Shown here piece after piece: positions 58,335 to 64,000 of a DNA stretch of 64,000 nt. Positions within the stretch are counted from its first letter, which is position 1. Every line of letters starts with the position of its first letter. The translations under genes were made by a program, and so were the position numbers. The DNA is from Halarcobacter sp. (GTDB lineage: Bacteria; Campylobacterota; Campylobacteria; Campylobacterales; Arcobacteraceae), in contig OY781089.1 of assembly GCA_963676565.1 (NCBI GenBank), forward strand, positions 192,001 through 256,000. Reading direction: 5' to 3'. The notes beneath the pieces are model-generated. The model was not told the DNA's origin. It saw only the letters and a program-made list of their open reading frames with translations, and searched no databases.

Positions 58335-58688
58335 TTACTCTTCAGCTAATTCATAAATTTCTGGTTTTAAAGTATAGATGAACGTATCAACTTCAAGTTC
58401 ATCATATCTTTCAACAGTAACTGGTGTTCTAACAAACTCTTCACCCTCAAACTCATCTAAAAATTCCCAATGATTAATTAAATTTGATGAATAAAAAAGA
58501 TACCCATGAATAGTATCTCTATCAATATCAAGTCTAATTCCAGGATATCCCATACCTGCAGACCAGCCTGCATCTATTAGTTTCCCTTTTACAGTTGCTG
58601 GTACAAATTTTCCAACAATATTTTCCAAAACATGTCCATTTGGACAGTTTGGCATCAATGTTCCATATACAAAAAGTGTTTCAGTCAT
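58335..58688 (-). CDS. Gamma-glutamylcyclotransferase (YtfP/AIG2-like) family protein
   Basis: LFVYGTL, GYPG, LDEFEG..F.R motifs. Confidence 0.88.
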   Translation of the reverse strand: MTETLFVYGTLMPNCPNGHVLENIVGKFVPATVKGKLIDAGWSAGMGYPGIRLDIDRDTIHGYLFYSSNLINHWEFLDEFEGEEFVRTPVTVERYDELEVDTFIYTLKPEIYELAEE

Positions 58689-58996
58689 TAATTATTACAA
58701 GCCTTTACTAAATTTGGTAATTCAATATCTAAAGTCATAATCTCTCTTATGGCACCTTGACGAAACTCATCTAAAGGTGTTCTAATAGAATAATATGCCC
58801 ATCGCCCTTCTCTGTCAACTCTTAAAAATCCTGCTTCTTTTAGAATTTTAAGATGTCTTGAAAGTCTAGATTGAATCATATCAAAAGAGTTTTCTAAATC
58901 ACATACACAACATTTTCCATGGATATTTAGAAACTTGATTATTTTTACTCTTGTTTCGTCATTTAATGCGGAAACAGATTTTAAGAATATATCCAT
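58688..58996 (-). CDS. arsR: ArsR/SmtB-family repressor
   Basis: ALNDETRVKI, metal-binding CCVCDL, QSRLSRHLKILKEAG, REGRWAYYSI. Confidence 0.93.
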   Translation of the reverse strand: MDIFLKSVSALNDETRVKIIKFLNIHGKCCVCDLENSFDMIQSRLSRHLKILKEAGFLRVDREGRWAYYSIRTPLDEFRQGAIREIMTLDIELPNLVKACNN

Positions 58997-59043
58997 CGAT
59001 TTTTTCCTCTCTTTTGATTTTGAAAGTATATCATAAAAATTCT

Positions 59044-59073
59044 AATACATCAATATATCTTGATATATTAGAA
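59044..59073. promoter_or_regulatory. Probable ArsR operator upstream of arsR
   Basis: AATACATCAATATATCTTGATATATTAGAA, inverted copy of 58280-58309. Confidence 0.8.
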
Positions 59074-59128
59074 TAAAGTAAATAAAAATTGTCAATTTGA
59101 TTTCATTTAAAGTTCTGTATAATTTATA

Positions 59129-61042
59129 ATGAGTTATAAAAATGAAAAACAACTATTAATTTTTATTAGGTTCACTTTACCTATATTAGCATTATTATTT
59201 ACTATTGCTATAACAACTTTTTTATATATTGAAAAAAGAACAAAAGTTAATAAATTGAAAGAAGAGATTCAATCTACTTTTATAAAAAATAAAAAACAAA
59301 CAATAAAAGAACAAATTGACAACCTATATTATTACATAGTGTCTGAACAAAAAGATTTAGAAGAGAATCTTGCAAAATCTCTAACTTATGAGGTTAGACA
59401 AACTCACAAAATTGCAAAAAGTATATACTATAGATATAAACATAATCACTCGAAAGATGAAATAAAAGAGATGATTAGAGCTGCCCTTAGAGAGATAAGA
59501 TTCAATAACGATAGAGCTTACTTTTTTATTTTGGATAAAGAGGGCAAAAATCAATTACATCCAATGATGCCAGAACTAGAAGGAAAAAATGTTTATAATA
59601 CAAGAGATACAAAAGGATCTTATATTGTAAAAGAGCCCCTTGAATTATTGAAAAAAAAGGATGAAGTATTCTATAACTGGTATTGGATAAAATCACAAAA
59701 GAATAAAAAAGAATATAAAAAAATAGGATTCCTTAAAAATTTTCATGAATTAAATTGGGTTATTGGTACAGGTGAATACCTTGAAGACTTTTCTAAAGAT
59801 ATTCAGAAAAAAATATTAAACCAGATTGAGAAATTAAGGTATGGAGAAAATAGTTATTTCATTGTAACAAATAAAGATAAAAAATATATAAGTCATATAA
59901 ATAAAGATCTTATCAATAAAAACGTTTTTAAAATTCTTGGAAAAACAAATACCTCTGAATCAGTTAATACAATTAAAGAGATAACAAAAACAAAAGAGGG
60001 TTTTGTCACTTTAAATTTTTTTAAACCAAACTCTAATATTGTATCATCAAAAATAATATATCAGAAGAAAATTCCAAATTGGGGATGGACTATTAGTACA
60101 GGGTTTTATATAGATGATGCTTCTAAAGCTATTGAATATGAGAAAAATAGAATTGAAAAAGAATATCAAGATAATATAAAGAATCTACTTTTTATTTTTT
60201 TAATTTCAATTATTATCTTAGTTCCACTATTCTTTTATATCTCACTTATAATTGAAAAGAAATTTAAAAAATATAAAGATAGTATTCAAGAATATATTGA
60301 TGAAAATCAAAAACAATATGAACTATTGGCACAAAAAAGTAAATTGAGTGCAATGGGTGAGATGTTAGCAAATATTGCCCACCAGTGGAAACAACCTTTA
60401 TCTCTTATCACTACTGCAACTAGTGGTATAAAATTAAACAAAGAGTTAGAAATCAAAGATGATGAATTTTTATATAAAGCAGTTGATGATATACAAATTA
60501 GTGCTAATCATTTAGCTGAAACAATAAATGATTTCACAGACTTTTTTAAGCCAGATAAGAAAAAAAATCAATTTTTTATGAAAGATGTTGTTGCTAAAAC
60601 ACTAAAACTTTTATCTTCACAATTTCAAACTAAAAATATAAAGATTATAAAACAAATAGAAGATATTTCTATTATAAACTATGAAAGGGAATTGCTACAA
60701 GTTTTATTAAATATTATAAATAATTCAAAAGATGCAATTTTAGAAAACAAAATAGAAAATGGCTTGATTTTTATTGAAGTATATCATGATGAAAATAATG
60801 TAATAATTGAGATAAAAGACAATGCAAAAGGGATAGATAAGAAGATAAAAGAACGTATTTTTGAACCATACTTTACTACAAAGCATGAATCAAAAGGAAC
60901 AGGAATAGGTTTATATATGTCTCAAGAAATAGTTACAAAACATATGAATGGTACAATTGAAGTAAACAATACTCAGTACGAGTATAATAAAGAAATACAA
61001 AAAGGTGCCATATTTAAAATAACTCTTCCAATATCAAATTAG
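59129..61042 (+). CDS. Sensor histidine kinase with two tandem Cache-type periplasmic domains
   Basis: Two TMs; repeated Cache signatures (YFFILD...HP...WVIGTGEY and YFIVT...H...WTISTGFY); H-box ANIAHQWKQPL; GTGIGLYM. Confidence 0.92.
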   Translation: MSYKNEKQLLIFIRFTLPILALLFTIAITTFLYIEKRTKVNKLKEEIQSTFIKNKKQTIKEQIDNLYYYIVSEQKDLEENLAKSLTYEVRQTHKIAKSIYYRYKHNHSKDEIKEMIRAALREIRFNNDRAYFFILDKEGKNQLHPMMPELEGKNVYNTRDTKGSYIVKEPLELLKKKDEVFYNWYWIKSQKNKKEYKKIGFLKNFHELNWVIGTGEYLEDFSKDIQKKILNQIEKLRYGENSYFIVTNKDKKYISHINKDLINKNVFKILGKTNTSESVNTIKEITKTKEGFVTLNFFKPNSNIVSSKIIYQKKIPNWGWTISTGFYIDDASKAIEYEKNRIEKEYQDNIKNLLFIFLISIIILVPLFFYISLIIEKKFKKYKDSIQEYIDENQKQYELLAQKSKLSAMGEMLANIAHQWKQPLSLITTATSGIKLNKELEIKDDEFLYKAVDDIQISANHLAETINDFTDFFKPDKKKNQFFMKDVVAKTLKLLSSQFQTKNIKIIKQIEDISIINYERELLQVLLNIINNSKDAILENKIENGLIFIEVYHDENNVIIEIKDNAKGIDKKIKERIFEPYFTTKHESKGTGIGLYMSQEIVTKHMNGTIEVNNTQYEYNKEIQKGAIFKITLPISN

Positions 61043-61045
61043 AAA

Positions 61046-61074
61046 AAATAGATGGGAAATTATCCCACCTATTT
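61046..61074. terminator. Hairpin terminator between the convergent kinase and tkt
   Basis: AAATAGATGGGA-aatta-TCCCACCTATTT. Confidence 0.65.
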
Positions 61075-61078
61075 AATA

Positions 61079-62989
61079 TTATAAATCGTTTTTAATTTTT
61101 GCTTCTAAAGCTTCAGTTGTGAAACCAAAGTGTTCAAATAGTTTTTCAGCAGGAGCACTTGCTCCAAATGTATCCATACCATATACTACATCAGCAAATT
61201 TATAGTATTCCATACCACGTGCAGCCTCAACTGCAAATACTTTTGTATTTGGTTTAATAATTGTGTCAATATACTCTTTATCTTGCTCAACAAGTAAATC
61301 AAAACAAGGAACAGAAACAATATTTGCTTTAATTCCTGCTTTTTCAAGATTACAAGCAGTTTGAAGTGCTAACATAACTTCAGAACCTGATGCCATAATT
61401 GTTATAGTCGCATCTTCTCTTTCTTTTAATAAATAACCACCATTTGAAACATCTCCAAATGCTTTTTCAGGTTTTAAAACTTCTAAGTTTTGTCTTGAAC
61501 AAACAAATGCAGTTGGTGCATTCATTTTAAGTGCAACTTTCCAAGACTCAACATTTTCATTTGCATCAGCAGGTCTAAATGTATAGAAGTTTGGTAAAGC
61601 TCTAAATTGAGATAAATGTTCAATTGGTTGGTGAGTTGGTCCATCTTCACCTACACCAATAGAATCATGAGTCCATACAAAGTGTTGTGGAATAGATGCT
61701 AATGCAGCAATTCTAGCACTTGGTTTTAAATAATCTGAGAATACAAAGAATGTAGCAGAGAATACTCTGTATAAACCATAAAGATTCATTGCATTTGTCA
61801 TTGCTGCCATTGCATGTTCTTTAATACCAAAGTGAATATTTCTTCCTTGTGGGAAATCACCTTTACCAGAAAGTTCTGTTTTGTTTGATGGAGCAAGGTC
61901 AGCAGAACCACCTAAGAAACCAGGAATTGCGTCTGCTATTGCATTTAAAATTTTATGATTAGAAGATCTTGTAGCAACACTAGTACCTGCATCAAATACA
62001 GGGTATTTAATTGCATCAAAATTTGGATTTTGTAATTTCTCAATTTTTTCTTTTGTTTCAGCAGACAATGAAGCATTCCATGCATTTTCAGCTTCAATTC
62101 CAACGATTAATTTATCAAAAGAACCTTTTATATCATAAGGTACTACAAATTTCTCTTCTGGATCAAACCCAGCTTTTTTCTTAGAAGCTTTAAGCTCATC
62201 TTCACCTAATGGAGCACCATGTGTATGATGACTTCCCTCTAAAGTTGCTGCACCTTTTCCAATTGCTGTTTTTGCAATAATTAAAACAGGTTTATCAGAA
62301 GCTTTTGCAGTAACAATAGCTTTATCAATTTGATCAAAATTATGTCCATCAATCTCTAATACTTCAAAGTTTATCGCTTGAAATCTTTTCTTAACATTTT
62401 CAGACCAAGCAATAGAAGTATCACCTTCGATTGTAATATCATTTGAATCATAAATTACAATTAAGTTATCTAGTTCTAAGTGACCTGCAGTTGCACAAGC
62501 TTCATATGAAATACCCTCTTGTAAATCTCCATCACCACAAAGGCAATAAACTTTATGATTGATTACATCTTTTCCTAAAGTGTTTTGTGCATATTTTGCA
62601 GCCATTGCAAAACCAACTGCATTTGCAATACCTTGACCTAAAGGACCAGTTGTAATTTCAACACCATGAGTGTGCCCATATTCTGGGTGACCTGGAGTTT
62701 TAGAGTTATATTGTCTAAACTCTCTCATATCTGGGATACTAACGTTAAATCCCCAAAGGTGTAAAAGAGAATATACTAAACCTGTAGCATGTCCCCCAGA
62801 GAAAACTAATCTATCTCTGTTTAACCATTTTTCATTTGTTGGGTTTAAATTTAAGTGAGAACTTAAAACTGTAGCAATATCTGCCATACCCATTGGAGCA
62901 CCTGGGTGACCTGAATTTGCTTGTTGAACCATATCAGCTGCTAAAAATCTAATTGTATCAGCTTGCTTTTGAAGTAATTGTTTTGACAT
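61079..62989 (-). CDS. tkt: Transketolase
   Basis: SGHPGAPMG, TPGHPE, TTGPLGQG, GDGDLQEG, THDSIGVGEDGPTHQP. Confidence 0.97.
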   Translation of the reverse strand: MSKQLLQKQADTIRFLAADMVQQANSGHPGAPMGMADIATVLSSHLNLNPTNEKWLNRDRLVFSGGHATGLVYSLLHLWGFNVSIPDMREFRQYNSKTPGHPEYGHTHGVEITTGPLGQGIANAVGFAMAAKYAQNTLGKDVINHKVYCLCGDGDLQEGISYEACATAGHLELDNLIVIYDSNDITIEGDTSIAWSENVKKRFQAINFEVLEIDGHNFDQIDKAIVTAKASDKPVLIIAKTAIGKGAATLEGSHHTHGAPLGEDELKASKKKAGFDPEEKFVVPYDIKGSFDKLIVGIEAENAWNASLSAETKEKIEKLQNPNFDAIKYPVFDAGTSVATRSSNHKILNAIADAIPGFLGGSADLAPSNKTELSGKGDFPQGRNIHFGIKEHAMAAMTNAMNLYGLYRVFSATFFVFSDYLKPSARIAALASIPQHFVWTHDSIGVGEDGPTHQPIEHLSQFRALPNFYTFRPADANENVESWKVALKMNAPTAFVCSRQNLEVLKPEKAFGDVSNGGYLLKEREDATITIMASGSEVMLALQTACNLEKAGIKANIVSVPCFDLLVEQDKEYIDTIIKPNTKVFAVEAARGMEYYKFADVVYGMDTFGASAPAEKLFEHFGFTTEALEAKIKNDL

Positions 62990-63085
62990 AATGTTCCTAA
63001 TTATCGAAGTTTCGTTGTTGTAAATTTTGTGGATTATAGCTAAAAATAGTTAAATAGTTTTTGAAATAAAACTTATCTAAAGATT

Positions 63086-63113
63086 AAGAGAAAAGGAATG
63101 ATCCTTTTCTCTT
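63086..63113 (-). terminator. Hairpin terminator after the adhesin gene
   Basis: AAGAGAAAAGGA-atga-TCCTTTTCTCTT. Confidence 0.7.
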
Positions 63114-63119
63114 CATATT

Positions 63120-64000
63120 TTAAAGATCTGGGTCAATAGATACATCTTCATCTATTAAGATTTTGATGTTTGAAGCTCCATCTGTTCCTTGATAAACATT
63201 AAATATTTCACCATTTATCTCCTCTTTACCTTGAGAAGTCCAGTTAGAATCTCCACCTTCAAGTGTTACTTTGTCGTCACTATCACCAAAGATTTTTAAC
63301 TCTTGATCATCATCAATAACTAAATCATCTACATTTATTTCTAAATTATTTGCATGAGAATTAGTCATATCAACGGCATCAGTATTTGCTGATAAAACTC
63401 CACTTAAATCAATAGTATCTGCATCTACTAAATCAATAACATTTTCAGTTTGTGTTGGTGTAAGATCAACTTCAATAGTTACATCTACTGTTGTACTATC
63501 TCCATCTTCATCAGAAGCTGTTACACTAAATAGTTTTGAAGTATCAGTACTAAACTCTGAAGATTTAGCAGTATATGTATAATCTCCTGATGTAAAATCA
63601 AATGTTAGTGTACCATCACCATCTAATTCTACTCCAGAAGAAGGGAAGTTTGCACTTGTATATGCATTTCCATCAACTTCTATACTATCAATAGAAATTT
63701 CACCATTTCCTTCTGAAATATTTTCTAAGACATTTCCATTAACAGAAGCTGTAACTGTTCCTGCTAGTACATTTCCAAGTGTTGAATCATCAGTTACCAT
63801 AAGAACTTCATCTCCATCTTGAACTTGAACAATTTTAAGTGGACCCTCTGTTGCTCCTGAACCTACACCAATTACATTTAATTTATCTATATTATTTGAT
63901 ACATAATTAGACCATTCAACTATTGTATGATCAGAATCTTCATCAATTCTCCAACTATCGTTATTTGGATTACCATCAGATAAGAAATATGCAATAGTTG
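63120..64000 (-). CDS. C terminus of a large acidic vWA / Ig-like secreted protein (probable type I-secreted adhesin); starts beyond the window
   Basis: The frame stays open to the window end: TIAYFLSDGNPN...LNVIGVGSG (end of a vWA domain), then GTLTFDFTSGDYTYT...DEDGD (Ig-like) and LKIFGDSDDKVTL. Confidence 0.75.
   Translation of the reverse strand, partial: TIAYFLSDGNPNNDSWRIDEDSDHTIVEWSNYVSNNIDKLNVIGVGSGATEGPLKIVQVQDGDEVLMVTDDSTLGNVLAGTVTASVNGNVLENISEGNGEISIDSIEVDGNAYTSANFPSSGVELDGDGTLTFDFTSGDYTYTAKSSEFSTDTSKLFSVTASDEDGDSTTVDVTIEVDLTPTQTENVIDLVDADTIDLSGVLSANTDAVDMTNSHANNLEINVDDLVIDDDQELKIFGDSDDKVTLEGGDSNWTSQGKEEINGEIFNVYQGTDGASNIKILIDEDVSIDPDL

Overview
Very AT-rich chromosomal window from a member of the Campylobacterota. 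Gene content and style suggest Arcobacteraceae (inference). From left to right it holds: (1) a ~10.4 kb minus-strand signalling cluster with four paralogous periplasmic binding-protein-like genes, two HAMP histidine kinases, a response regulator, a REC-PAS-GGDEF cyclase and a lone TolC; (2) housekeeping genes (tgt, gatC, class II DAHP synthase, tal, serB, ruvX, acpS, panC, rimO, tilS); (3) a flagellar cluster (fliS, fliD, flgK, flgH, fliL, motE-like, fliJ-like, fliQ, flgI, fliM) and pyrC; (4) a nitrogen locus with two amtB-PII pairs, a divergent membrane sensor, a truncated AAA-Fis regulator and glnD, tied together by three identical 17-bp palindromes; (5) an unannotated five-gene operon (42427-44569) whose four downstream products appear to share a helix + beta-hairpin module (DUF2589/Trypco-like), the best candidate here for an undescribed multi-subunit pore or polymer system; (6) a merR-like gene and an aas-like gene under a doubly operator-bound promoter; (7) two paralogous hypothetical proteins flanking an orphan response regulator; (8) a PepSY-TM gene, rarD and an arsenic-resistance operon with duplicated operators, a GGCT-family gene and a ~125-bp hairpin element; (9) a Cache histidine kinase, tkt and the 3' end of a vWA-containing adhesin. 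I saw no rRNA, tRNA, CRISPR array, transposase or integrase. All family calls come from motif recognition by eye; no database searches were run.
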